Assembly (NCBI GenBank): GCA_964495075.1
Contig: CAZBUJ010000010.1
Location: 14,334-78,333 of the forward strand
Length of the DNA: 64,000 bases
DNA from: an uncultured Phycisphaeraceae bacterium
Lineage (GTDB): Bacteria; Planctomycetota; Phycisphaerae; UBA1845
Direction: 5' to 3'
In this document: in pieces, positions 1 to 9,591 of the stretch
Layout: the number at the start of each line of letters is the position of its first letter
How positions within the stretch are numbered: position 1 is the first letter of the stretch
Position numbers and translations under genes: made by a program
The notes under the pieces: model-generated
What the model was told of the DNA's origin: nothing
Databases searched by the model: none
What the model saw: only the letters and a program-made list of their open reading frames with translations

Positions 1-95
1 CTCGACTTGACCACCCGCGCGCGGGCCACCAGCAATGGTGGCAGAAACGCCAGCAGAATCACGAACACCGGCGCGATTTTCATCCACTTCGGCAT
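1..95 (-). CDS. Partial CDS (about 31 N-terminal aa, runs off the window). Membrane-anchored protein in the operon position expected for ActE of Alternative Complex III.
   Basis: Manual minus-strand translation from the ATG at 93-95 gives MPKWMKIAPVFVILLAFLPPLLVARARVVKS, a hydrophobic signal anchor. It starts 2 nt after the actD stop. The assignment rests on operon position only; no haem motif is visible in the fragment. Confidence 0.3.
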   Translation of the reverse strand, partial: MPKWMKIAPVFVILLAFLPPLLVARARVVKS

Positions 96-97
96 CA

Positions 98-664
98 CTA
101 CTCGTCCGTCACGGCTTCGACGGTCGTACCGCCTATCGACTGCAGGAACGTCCGCGTCCGATCACGGTCGAACTTCGGGTCCACCGCCTCAATGCTGATG
201 AAGAAACGGTCCGCCGTCACCCGCCGGAACCGCCGGCTGCGGAACAACGCATGGTACCACCTCGGCAGCCCGTTCAGGAGCAACATACCGAGGAACGACG
301 CGACCGCACTGAACAGGATCGTCAACTCGAACGTGACCGGGATGTTGGCCGGCAGCGAAAAGTACGGCTTTCCACTGATCAGGAACGGATAGTTGACCGC
401 GTTGGTCCACCACTGCAACGCCAGCCCGACCATCGCCCCGGTCAGCCCGGCTCCGAACACGATCAGCGGCAGCCGCGTCGCCTTCAGGCCCATCGCATCG
501 TTCAGCCCGTGCACGGGAAACGGCGTATGGCAGTCCCATCGTCGATACCCCGCGTCGCGGACCTTTTCGGCCGCTTCGATCAACGCGAGCGCCGACTCGA
601 ACTCCACGAGATAGCCCCACAGGGCGTCGTCAATGCCCGACTGGGATTCCGCGGCCCGCGTCAC
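98..664 (-). CDS. actD: Alternative Complex III subunit ActD (DUF3341 membrane protein)
   Basis: 188 aa. The N-terminal soluble part ([36 protein letters not shown]) followed by two TM helices and [13 protein letters not shown] matches my recollection of the DUF3341/ActD family. It overlaps actC by 4 nt in the conserved actABCD order. Confidence 0.8.
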   Translation of the reverse strand: MTRAAESQSGIDDALWGYLVEFESALALIEAAEKVRDAGYRRWDCHTPFPVHGLNDAMGLKATRLPLIVFGAGLTGAMVGLALQWWTNAVNYPFLISGKPYFSLPANIPVTFELTILFSAVASFLGMLLLNGLPRWYHALFRSRRFRRVTADRFFISIEAVDPKFDRDRTRTFLQSIGGTTVEAVTDE

Positions 665-2142
665 GATTGCCCTCCTCTGTCATGGAGTCCTTCCACGTGC
701 AGCTCCGGCATGTCGCCCCAGTAGTCGCCCAGGCCGCGATGCTCGCCATGGACGAGTTGCGCCTGCGGCATGACGCTCTTCACTTCCGCCATCGCCACCA
801 TCGGCAGGTAGCGTACGAACAGCAGGAACATCGTGAAGAACAACCCGAAACTGCCGGCGAACGTCAGCATGTCCACGATCGTCGGCGAATAGTAGTCCCA
901 GCTCGACGGCAGGAAGTCCGCACTCAGCGAGGTGACCGTGATCACGAACCGCTCGAACCACATCCCGATGTTCACCACGATGGAGATGCCAAAGAGAATC
1001 CACACGTTCGACCGGCACTTTTTGAACCAGAACAGTTGCGGCGACAACACGTTGCACGTCACCATGATCCAGTATGCCCAGGCGTACGGGCCCAGCGCCC
1101 GGCTGACGAACGCAAATGCCTCGTACGGATTGCCGCCGTACCACGCGATGAAGAACTCGACCCCGTACGCGTAGCCCACCATCGAGCCGGTCACCAACAT
1201 GATCTTGGCCATGTTGTCCAGGTGCCGCATGGTGATAATCTCTTTCAGCCCGAAGAACTGCCGGGCCGGGACGATCAACGTCATCACCATCGCGAACCCG
1301 CTGAAGATGGCCCCGGCCACGAAGTACGGCGGGAAAATCGTGGTGTGCCAGCCGGGCACCTGCGCCACCGCGAAGTCGAAACTCACCACCGAGTGCACGC
1401 TCAACACCAGCGGCGTCGCCAGCGCCGCCAGCAGCAGGTACGCCCGCTCGTACCGCAACCACTGCCGGTTCGAACCGCGCCAGCCCAGCGCGAGGATGCC
1501 ATACGCAACCGCGCGGATTTTTGTCGTCGCCCGGTCCCGCAGCGTGGCCAGGTCCGGGATCATGCCCATGTACCAGAACATGGTGGAGACCAGGGCATAC
1601 GTGCCGACCGCGAACATGTCCCACAGCAGTGGGCTGCGGAAGTTCGGCCATATCTCCATCTGGTTCGGGTACGGCGCCATCCAGTATGCCACCCAGACGC
1701 GGCCGAGGTGAATGCCTGGAAAGATCCCCGCGCACATGACGGCGAAAATCGTCATCGCCTCGGCGAACCGGTTGATACTCGTCCGCCATTTCTGACGGAA
1801 CAGAAACAGGATCGCCGAGATCAACGTGCCCGCGTGACCGATCCCGACCCAGAACACGAAGTTGACGATCGCCCAGCCCCAGCCCACCGGGTTGTTCACC
1901 CCCCACACGCCGACGCCCGTGGCGAACAGGTACCCGATCATCAGGAACAACACGCCGGTCAGAGCCGACGAGCAGCCGAACGCCACGTACCACGCCTTGG
2001 GCGGCCGGCGCCGCTCCGCCAACCCGCAGACCGTGTCCGTCACGGTGGTGAAATCGTTTGCCCCCACGACCAGCGGCGCACGCCTGGTGGGATCTTCCAC
2101 CGTGTTGTCGATCGCAACCTGGTTGACCGGAACCGTCGTCAT
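661..2142 (-). CDS. actC: Alternative Complex III quinol-binding membrane subunit ActC (NrfD/PsrC-like polysulfide reductase family)
   Basis: 493 aa polytopic membrane protein with NrfD-like helices ([26 protein letters not shown]). It lies between actB and actD. Confidence 0.85.
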   Translation of the reverse strand: MTTVPVNQVAIDNTVEDPTRRAPLVVGANDFTTVTDTVCGLAERRRPPKAWYVAFGCSSALTGVLFLMIGYLFATGVGVWGVNNPVGWGWAIVNFVFWVGIGHAGTLISAILFLFRQKWRTSINRFAEAMTIFAVMCAGIFPGIHLGRVWVAYWMAPYPNQMEIWPNFRSPLLWDMFAVGTYALVSTMFWYMGMIPDLATLRDRATTKIRAVAYGILALGWRGSNRQWLRYERAYLLLAALATPLVLSVHSVVSFDFAVAQVPGWHTTIFPPYFVAGAIFSGFAMVMTLIVPARQFFGLKEIITMRHLDNMAKIMLVTGSMVGYAYGVEFFIAWYGGNPYEAFAFVSRALGPYAWAYWIMVTCNVLSPQLFWFKKCRSNVWILFGISIVVNIGMWFERFVITVTSLSADFLPSSWDYYSPTIVDMLTFAGSFGLFFTMFLLFVRYLPMVAMAEVKSVMPQAQLVHGEHRGLGDYWGDMPELHVEGLHDRGGQS

Positions 2143-2187
2143 GGCTCTTGTCTCGTCACCCCGCGCTGCCGTCCCCGCCGCGCCGAC

Positions 2188-5100
2188 CTACCCGTGCGCC
2201 TGACCGTGATCGCCATCACCGGCCGGCGCCGCGGGCGGACTCGCGTCGAGCCCGGACCGCGGGTTGCGGATCCGCGCCGAATACTTCGTCCGCGGCTTGA
2301 TGTTCAATTCGTCCAGCAGCACGTACGCACGGTCGGCCGCGTGCGCCTTCGCCACCCGGCTCTTCGGATCGTTCAGATCGCCGAACACGATCGCGCGGGA
2401 CGGGCACGCCTGGCCACATGCCGGCGTGATTTCGCCGTCGGCGATCGGCCGGCCCTCGTTCCTCGCCGCGATCTTCACCGCCGAGATCCGCTGCACGCAG
2501 AACGTGCACTTCTCCATCACGCCGCGGCTGCGGGCCGTCACCTCCGGGTTCAACCCCAGTTTCTCGATGTCCTCCCGGTCCTTGTAGTTGTTGAACCAGT
2601 TGAATCGCCGAACCTTGTACGGACAGTTGTTGGAGCAGTACCGGGTCCCAATGCAACGATTGTACACCATGTCATTGAGCCCTTCCTGACTGTGAACCGT
2701 CGCGGCCACCGGGCACACCTGCTCGCACGGGGCGTTCTCACACTGCTGACACGCCACCGGCTGGTGCGCCACCGCAGGCGCGTCCACCGCGCCCTTGAAG
2801 TAGCGGTCGACGCGGATCCAGTGCATCTCCCGGCCACGGGACACTTCGTCCTTGCCGACCACCGGGATGTTGTTCTCCGCCTGGCACGCCACCACGCACG
2901 CGCTGCACCCGATGCACGCGTTCAAATCGATCGACACCGCCCAACGCGGCTTGTCGGGAAACGTATGCTCCTCCCATAGCGAAACCAGCGGCAACGGGTG
3001 ATGACCCGGCGGATGCTTCGCGAATTCGGGACGGTGCACGTACTCGGCCAGCGTCGCTTCACGCAGGATGCGGTTCGGCACCCGGGCCGCCTTCTCGGCG
3101 TCACCTACCCGCGACTCCATCGCATGGTGATCCTGCGTGGTGGCCAGTGGGTAGGTGCGGCCGGTCCGCGTCACCGTGACCCCGGTAGCCATGTGCATGC
3201 CCCGCGTCGCACGCAGCGCGTAGGTATTGAAACCCGTGCTTTCGCCGACCCGGCCGACCACCGTGCGGCCGTAGCCCAGCGGCAGCGTAACCGTGTCCGG
3301 GGCATGGCCGGGAAGTACGAAGGCCGCCATCTCCAACGACCGGCCGTTGCAGTCGATCTTGACCATGTCGCCCGATCGCACGTTCAGGCCTCGGGCCGTG
3401 GCGGGACTCATCAGGGCCGCGTTGTCCCAGGTCAGCTTGGTCAGCGGATCCGGCATCTCCTGAAGCCAGCCGTTGTTCGCGAAGCGGCCGTCGTAGACGC
3501 TCGCGTCCGGCCGGAACACCACTTCGATCGGCGCTGTCGGCCAGCTCATCAGTGCGGACAGCCCCGCCACCCATTCGCCGGTCACCGGCTTCTGGTTCAG
3601 CGGCGGCCGTTTCTGGTCGATCACCGCGCCGTTGCACAGCGATTCCGCCCACAAGTTCTCGAAGCCCTTCCCCGCCCGTTCACTCACGCCCTTGAACGTC
3701 TCGCGGACGATATCATAGGGCTTGACCGTCTTTTCTCCGGCCAGCACGGCCACCAGTTCCAGCGGCGTCCGCCCGCCGTACAGCGGCTCGATGATCGGCT
3801 GGACGATACTGAAGGTGAGGTCGTGGCTACGGGCGTCGCCCCACGACTCGAGGTAGTGCGCCCGCGGAACGTGCCACGTGCACGCAACGGCCGTTTCGTT
3901 CTCGTACTCGCCGAGATGAATCGTCATGGCCACCAGCCCCAGACGCCGGTCGAATTCCAGGTCGGCCGGGGCGTCGAAGACCGGGTTGCCGCCGAGAATC
4001 ACCAGCGTATCGACTTGGCCGTCCGCCATCGCCGACGACAGCTTGGCGATCGCCGCGTCGTGCGACAGCCGGTCCGCGTCCGGCTCGGGCAGGTACCACA
4101 CCGTCTTGTTGGTGTTGCCCAGCGCATCGTTCAACAGCGCGACCAGCGCGTGCACCTCGGCCGGCTGACGTGGCCCCACCGCGATGGCGCCGCGCCCCGG
4201 GTTGGCCTGCAGGTCCTCGGCCATCGCTTCCAGTACCGCGGTCTGGTGCGACAGGTCATCCGGAATGCTCGCGGCGAGTTGCCGGACCTCGTCCGGCAGC
4301 TTCACGCCCCGTTCGGCCAGCATCGCGGCCAGCCGGGCCACCAGCTTGGGCACCAGCGTGGGATGGACGGCCAGTCGGTGATCGGCCATTCCGCCCGTGA
4401 TCGAGTAATCGCTTTCCGCCACGTAGAGCCGGTTCATCGGCTCGAGCGTGTCGGTCCGCTTGCCATCGCGGCGGATGCACCGGCCGGTGACGAACTCCCG
4501 GGCGTGCCGAACTGACGCCGGGTGGCTCCCGAGGAGGTCCTCGTCGAAGCTCACGATCACCACCGCATTGTCCAGCATCAAATGCGTGCGGTACGGTCGC
4601 CCCAGGGCCATCCAGGTCCCGAGCCGCTCGGCGTCCCGCGACACCGGCTCATACTCGAACCATTGCATGCCGGGGCATGCCTCGGCCAACCGCTCGCGGA
4701 GGCGGGCCAGGCTCGGCGACGACGACGCCTCACTCAGGACGCACAGTCCTTGCCCGCCCTGACTTCGCAGCGGGGCGAGCTTCGCGTTGAGCGCGTCAGT
4801 GAACGCCGTCCAGTCCCGGTTTACCGGCTTCCCGCCGACCCGCTCCACGATCGCCCGGCTGCGATCCGGGTCCCAGACGCCCAGCACGCCGGCCTGCGCG
4901 AACGCGTCCGTGGCCCCGGCGTTGTTCGGATGAGATGGATTGCCTTCGACCTTGATGGGTCGACCGTCATAAGCCGTCACCAGCAGGCCCTGGGCATGCC
5001 CGCCGAGATCCATTGCGGTCGCGTACTGCACCGGCACGCCCGGAATGCGGTGCTCCGGCCGCCGGGCGTACGGGGCGATCGTCTCCTTCGGCCAGCGGCA

Positions 5101-5304
5101 CCCGGTCAGGCCGGCCATCGCCATGGACGCCCCCATCAGCTTCAGGAACTGACGGCGGGACGACGATCGCAACAGCTCCGGTGCGAAGTTCGGGAACTCG
5201 TTCTCCACGAATTCCCGGAACTCCGGCGTGTCGGCCAGGTCGTCGAGACTGCGCCAGTACATGGCGCCGGGCTTTGTGTTTCCTACCGATGGCATGTACT
5301 GCAA
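2188..5304 (-). CDS. actB: Alternative Complex III subunit ActB: molybdopterin-oxidoreductase-like domain fused to a 4Fe-4S ferredoxin-type domain
   Basis: 1038 aa. Twin-arginine signal SRRQFLKLMGASMAMAGLTGC. C-terminal Cys clusters CIGCSACVVACQAENN, CQQCENAPCEQVCP, CIGTRYCSNNCPYKVR and CTFCVQR. Confidence 0.9.
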   Translation of the reverse strand: MQYMPSVGNTKPGAMYWRSLDDLADTPEFREFVENEFPNFAPELLRSSSRRQFLKLMGASMAMAGLTGCRWPKETIAPYARRPEHRIPGVPVQYATAMDLGGHAQGLLVTAYDGRPIKVEGNPSHPNNAGATDAFAQAGVLGVWDPDRSRAIVERVGGKPVNRDWTAFTDALNAKLAPLRSQGGQGLCVLSEASSSPSLARLRERLAEACPGMQWFEYEPVSRDAERLGTWMALGRPYRTHLMLDNAVVIVSFDEDLLGSHPASVRHAREFVTGRCIRRDGKRTDTLEPMNRLYVAESDYSITGGMADHRLAVHPTLVPKLVARLAAMLAERGVKLPDEVRQLAASIPDDLSHQTAVLEAMAEDLQANPGRGAIAVGPRQPAEVHALVALLNDALGNTNKTVWYLPEPDADRLSHDAAIAKLSSAMADGQVDTLVILGGNPVFDAPADLEFDRRLGLVAMTIHLGEYENETAVACTWHVPRAHYLESWGDARSHDLTFSIVQPIIEPLYGGRTPLELVAVLAGEKTVKPYDIVRETFKGVSERAGKGFENLWAESLCNGAVIDQKRPPLNQKPVTGEWVAGLSALMSWPTAPIEVVFRPDASVYDGRFANNGWLQEMPDPLTKLTWDNAALMSPATARGLNVRSGDMVKIDCNGRSLEMAAFVLPGHAPDTVTLPLGYGRTVVGRVGESTGFNTYALRATRGMHMATGVTVTRTGRTYPLATTQDHHAMESRVGDAEKAARVPNRILREATLAEYVHRPEFAKHPPGHHPLPLVSLWEEHTFPDKPRWAVSIDLNACIGCSACVVACQAENNIPVVGKDEVSRGREMHWIRVDRYFKGAVDAPAVAHQPVACQQCENAPCEQVCPVAATVHSQEGLNDMVYNRCIGTRYCSNNCPYKVRRFNWFNNYKDREDIEKLGLNPEVTARSRGVMEKCTFCVQRISAVKIAARNEGRPIADGEITPACGQACPSRAIVFGDLNDPKSRVAKAHAADRAYVLLDELNIKPRTKYSARIRNPRSGLDASPPAAPAGDGDHGQAHG

Positions 5305-5933
5305 TCCGTGGATGGATTGACGTTGTAACTCTGGATCATCGCTTGCCGCTCCGTCTCTTTCATGTTGGCCGGATCAAAGGCCAGGTCGAAGATCTTATCC
5401 CGCGGGCACAGGTGCGGCTCCGGGTTCCGGTGACACGCCAGGCACCAGCCCATGCTCAGGGTGTGGACCTGGTACACCGTCTCCATCTTGTCCACCCGCC
5501 CGTGGCACGAAACGCATCCGATGCCGCGCTGCACATGGGCGCTGTGGTTGAAATAGACGTAGTCCGGAAGGTCGTGGACGCGAACCCATTCGACCGGCAG
5601 GCCGGTCTCGTAGCTGCGTCGTACGGCCTGCAGCTTCTCGCTGTCCGGCAGAATGCCGGCGTGACAGTTCATGCAGGTTTGCGTCGGCGGGATGGCCGCA
5701 TGCGCCGCCCACTCAACCGTATTGTGGCAATAGCGGCAGTCGAGCCCCAGCTGATCGACGTGGACGGCATGACTGTACGGAACGGGCTGCGCCGGCTGAT
5801 AGCCCACGTCGGTGGTGCGTGGCGACGCGGCGAGCGCGAACACGCCCAGCGCGTAGACTGGCCCGCCGATCAGCCCTACGGCCAACCCGGGCTTGAGTAG
5901 GTTCACCCACTTTGGGAAAACGTGCATGCTCAT
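5283..5933 (-). CDS. actA: Alternative Complex III pentahaem cytochrome c subunit ActA
   Basis: Five CxxCH motifs (CRYCH, CMNCH, CVSCH, CLACH, CSTCH) and an N-terminal TM anchor. The maximal ORF runs to 6041. I place the start at the ATG at 5933 (MSMHVFPKWVNLL), just before the anchor; this start is uncertain. Confidence 0.85.
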   Translation of the reverse strand: MSMHVFPKWVNLLKPGLAVGLIGGPVYALGVFALAASPRTTDVGYQPAQPVPYSHAVHVDQLGLDCRYCHNTVEWAAHAAIPPTQTCMNCHAGILPDSEKLQAVRRSYETGLPVEWVRVHDLPDYVYFNHSAHVQRGIGCVSCHGRVDKMETVYQVHTLSMGWCLACHRNPEPHLCPRDKIFDLAFDPANMKETERQAMIQSYNVNPSTDCSTCHR

Positions 5934-6297
5934 CAGCAGCTCGGTCAGCAGTAACTCAATCAGCCCACGCGTACGGGAGACATGCCCCTCATCCACCGTC
6001 GCCAAGGGCCGGATCGTAACTTGCGTCACAAACCCGGTCAAGCACGCGTCTTACGGCTCATTCGCCGCCGCCGAAGCGGCGCGCAAACACCGTTCTCGGC
6101 GGAATCGCTTCAGCAAAGCCGTATTCATGGTGCCGCTATCGTGACATATTCCATGTATTGGTGAAGAGACGTCGCCGCCCGCTTGTCGCGTATCCGACAT
6201 AGCTTGCGCGAACAAGGAGCACCCACGAAGACCGAGTGGCGACCGTCCGATGCCCCGTTCTTTCGTCTTCGTTTCCGAACGCGGCGGTCGTTCCGTC

Positions 6298-7272
6298 TCA
6301 CGACTCCGCGGTGTGATCGATGCCCCAGGTGCTGCGGACCACGAACTCCGGGCGGTCCTTGGTCTCGCCGTAGACGCGCCCGACGTACTCGCCGATGATC
6401 CCTAACGACAGCAGTTGAATGCCGCCCATGAACAAAACGACCACCATCAGTGACGCGTAGCCCGGAACATCGACTCCCTTGATCAGGGTTCGCAGGATGA
6501 GAAACAGACCGTACAGAAACGCAAGCATCGCGATGACACCGCCCACGTAGCTCCAGACCCGAAGCGGCACCGTGGAGAACGACGTGATCCCGGTCAGCGC
6601 AAAGTTCCAACGCTTCCACACGCTCCATTTGGTGTGGCCGGCCGTCCGCTTGGGACGGGTGAAGTATACGTAGGCACGACGAAAACCGATCCAGGAGAAC
6701 AGTCCTTTCATGAAGCGGCTCTTTTCACGGATCCGATTGAGCTGGCGGACCACGCGCCGGTCGAGAAGACAATAATCGCCGGCATTCTCGGTGAGTTGGT
6801 ACAAGGCGATCTTGTTGAAGACCCGATAGAAGGCCGCGGCCGTGAACCGCTGAAAAGTCGAGTCCTCGGGACGGGCCTTCCTCACCGCCAATACTACTTC
6901 CGCCCCCGCCTCCCATTTCTCCAGCATTTCGGTCAGAATCTCCGGCGGGTCCTGGAGGTCGACGTCCATGGGTACGACCGCTCGACCCGTGGCGTACCGT
7001 AACCCCGCCGTCAACGCCAACTCCTTGCCGAAGTTCCGCGCAAGGCTCACGATCCGGATGCGCGGGTCCTCCTCGTGCCGCGCGACGAGCATTGCCAACG
7101 TGCGATCCGAGCTGCCGTCGTCCACGCAAAGGATCTCATAGGACCGATGGAGACCGTCAAGAAACGGGACGACGCGATCAAAGAAGCAGTCGATCGCGTC
7201 CTGCTCATCGAACATCGGGACGATGATTGTCAAGTCCACGACGTGTTCCGTGTTGTCCTGGCCGCTGGACAT
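6298..7272 (-). CDS. Family 2 glycosyltransferase, GtrB / polyprenyl-phosphate sugar synthase-like, with two C-terminal TM helices
   Basis: 324 aa. GT-A signature IIVPMFDEQDAI...ILCVDDGSSDRT, a DxD-type VDLQDPPE, and C-terminal TM helices typical of GtrB/ArnC-like enzymes. Confidence 0.85.
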   Translation of the reverse strand: MSSGQDNTEHVVDLTIIVPMFDEQDAIDCFFDRVVPFLDGLHRSYEILCVDDGSSDRTLAMLVARHEEDPRIRIVSLARNFGKELALTAGLRYATGRAVVPMDVDLQDPPEILTEMLEKWEAGAEVVLAVRKARPEDSTFQRFTAAAFYRVFNKIALYQLTENAGDYCLLDRRVVRQLNRIREKSRFMKGLFSWIGFRRAYVYFTRPKRTAGHTKWSVWKRWNFALTGITSFSTVPLRVWSYVGGVIAMLAFLYGLFLILRTLIKGVDVPGYASLMVVVLFMGGIQLLSLGIIGEYVGRVYGETKDRPEFVVRSTWGIDHTAES

Positions 7273-7476
7273 CTGGCGTTCCTTCTAGCGGCTGGCAGCC
7301 GGGCGGCTGCGGTTCACGACCGTGGTGGGCTCGACGCGTCGTGATGCCTGGGGAATGCCCGTTCCGGTCGTTGACGACAACATCTTCGGCTCCACCGCGT
7401 TTGGCGATGGGCCACGATATACCATACTTATTGATACACCCCGATACAAGCAGAGGCGGTTCCGCGCGCGGTGCAC

Positions 7477-9591
7477 TCACTCAGCGGGCGCCGGACGCGG
7501 AGCCCGATCGTCGATCGACCCGCCGACGTCGGTATCGACGGCCGGACCGCCGCCGGGGATCAGCCGGTACACGGTGGCGTTGTCATCGGCATAGACCACC
7601 TCGAACAGGGCCGGATCGCGAAACTGATCCAGCGAGCCGAACCGCTCCCGCTCGATGCGGCCGACCAGCACGTACTCGATGCCCCACCGCGCGAGCAGTT
7701 CATGGGCGACCTCGCTCGCGTTGGTGGTGAACGCCCGCTCGACGTCGGCCATGGCGCAATCCATTCGGGCCGGGTCGAGCGGCTGGAACACAACCACGTG
7801 CGGACACTCGGGATCCAGCACGCCCAGCGGCCGGTCGATCAGGGCCGCCAGATCCACCCGCCGGAGTGGATCGCCCTGAACCACCGCGTCGGGCGGCGTC
7901 TGCTCACGCAGATACGCCAGCGCGCCCGCGTCGACCATGGCCGAACGGCGCTCGATCAGTCGGCGCCCGGCGGTAGCGGGTACTTCGTACAACCCCACCG
8001 AAAGCCCCGTCGTCACACCAACAACGATCACCGGCCACCGCAACCACCGAACCGACGGCCGAACGTACGCCGGCGTCAACAGGGCGCCGGCCACGACGGC
8101 GGCCAACGCCGCTGCCGGGATCCCGCCCACCCGCAGACCATAATCGATCTTGTTGACGTCGCTGCGAATCAGGAAACAGGCCGCCACGCCGAACACCGCG
8201 GAGATCGTCAGCAACTGCGTTCCCGCATTCGACAAAAGCCGCTTCCACACCTGCCGGGTCACGAACAGGCACGCCAGTGCCCCGAGCCCCAGATCAACGA
8301 TCAGAATCCACGGCGCGTCCAGGAAGTTCGCGATCGGCCCGGGCGGAACCAGGCGACCCAGCACCGCGTAGGGAAAACGATCCCATTGCATCGTGAGCCC
8401 GCCTTCGTAACGGCTGTTCATGACGGCGCACTGGTAGGCCTGCAAACCCGTGAGGAGCAGGCCGATCACCGTCATGGCCCCGATGGCCGCGAGCAGACGC
8501 CCGGCGCGGCCGCCCTCCATCCTCGCCTCGCGGATGACGCGGACGACGAGGAACACGGCGGCCGCCGGGAACACGACGATGGCCACGTGGACGCTGCTGC
8601 CGAACAGCGCCGCACCCGCCAGCGGGGCGACCACCACCCACCACTTCTGGTCCGGCGCGTGCCATAGCCAGTACGCGCAGAGAAGTAGCGCCACGCCGGC
8701 CAGCACATGCTGCGGACACCAGAAGTACTGGGTGATCACATTGGGAAACCGCCACGCGACAGGCGACCATGCGTCGAGCGTTACCACCATGACACCACTG
8801 GTGAGGAAGCGAAGGGCGACGGGCAGGATGTCGAAGCCGCCGACCACACTGACGCACGCCGCGCTCAACAGCGCGCCGCGGTCCGATTCGAGCACAGCCC
8901 GAGCGATTAGAAAGACCAGGACAATGAACACCGCGGCCTCCGCGGCGGCGATGAGCCCGAACACAAACGCGATCGACACCGCATTGCCGGTGATGGTCCG
9001 GATCGCGGCCGGCACGAGATACGCGTAGTGATAGTAGTAGTAGGGCGTGTTCGACTCGGCGGCGTAGAAGACGTTGTGCAGGGGGAGCGGGTGCCGCCCC
9101 AGCGAACACATCACCGCGTGATGCTTCAGGTAATCGTGGGCTCGCGTCGTCGTGACGCCACCGGCCGCGTAGGGAAGCCAGAACGACGCAAATACCGCGC
9201 CGCCCGTCCAGAGCACCAGCGCGAGCAAAATCAACCGAACCCGCCGCGACGGCGCCGGCGACGGCGGCGCCGAGGGACGCCTCCACGAAAACACGATGAG
9301 CAGCAGATCGACGACCGACACCGCCGCCACAATCACCCACCGGTTGTTCGTGAGCAGGTAGACCCACGTCAGCACCACCGGGATGAACACGAGCGACGCC
9401 GCGACGGCCACCGGCCCCGCCCCGGCCGCACGGTCCACGCCTCCGAGCGATCTGACCAGAGACCGCCCCGGCAACCAGGCAAACAACACCAGGGCGGCCG
9501 GTAACGCGAGCCAGGGCACCGTCGTCACGCACCCCGCCACGGACGCCACCAGCAAAATGAGATCAAAGGCCGGGTTCTGGCGACGATGCAC
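7477..9591 (-). CDS. Large polytopic membrane protein with a C-terminal soluble domain; candidate GT-C-fold glycosyltransferase
   Basis: 704 aa with many hydrophobic helices. The C-terminal tail (WGIEYVLVGRIERERFGSLDQFRDPALFEVVYADDNATVYRL) resembles the tails of PMT_2/ArnT-like GT-C proteins. Family not confirmed. Confidence 0.6.
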   Translation of the reverse strand: MHRRQNPAFDLILLVASVAGCVTTVPWLALPAALVLFAWLPGRSLVRSLGGVDRAAGAGPVAVAASLVFIPVVLTWVYLLTNNRWVIVAAVSVVDLLLIVFSWRRPSAPPSPAPSRRVRLILLALVLWTGGAVFASFWLPYAAGGVTTTRAHDYLKHHAVMCSLGRHPLPLHNVFYAAESNTPYYYYHYAYLVPAAIRTITGNAVSIAFVFGLIAAAEAAVFIVLVFLIARAVLESDRGALLSAACVSVVGGFDILPVALRFLTSGVMVVTLDAWSPVAWRFPNVITQYFWCPQHVLAGVALLLCAYWLWHAPDQKWWVVVAPLAGAALFGSSVHVAIVVFPAAAVFLVVRVIREARMEGGRAGRLLAAIGAMTVIGLLLTGLQAYQCAVMNSRYEGGLTMQWDRFPYAVLGRLVPPGPIANFLDAPWILIVDLGLGALACLFVTRQVWKRLLSNAGTQLLTISAVFGVAACFLIRSDVNKIDYGLRVGGIPAAALAAVVAGALLTPAYVRPSVRWLRWPVIVVGVTTGLSVGLYEVPATAGRRLIERRSAMVDAGALAYLREQTPPDAVVQGDPLRRVDLAALIDRPLGVLDPECPHVVVFQPLDPARMDCAMADVERAFTTNASEVAHELLARWGIEYVLVGRIERERFGSLDQFRDPALFEVVYADDNATVYRLIPGGGPAVDTDVGGSIDDRAPRPAPAE

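Noticed and set aside
667-2979. 770-aa plus-strand ORF, and many similar long ORFs antisense to actC/actB (for example 680-1993, 2998-4515, 4522-5328, 5013-5900)
   Set aside because: The translations are Arg/His/Pro/Gly-rich low-complexity sequence, typical of shadow ORFs in high-GC DNA. They overlap genes with clear family motifs on the other strand or frame.
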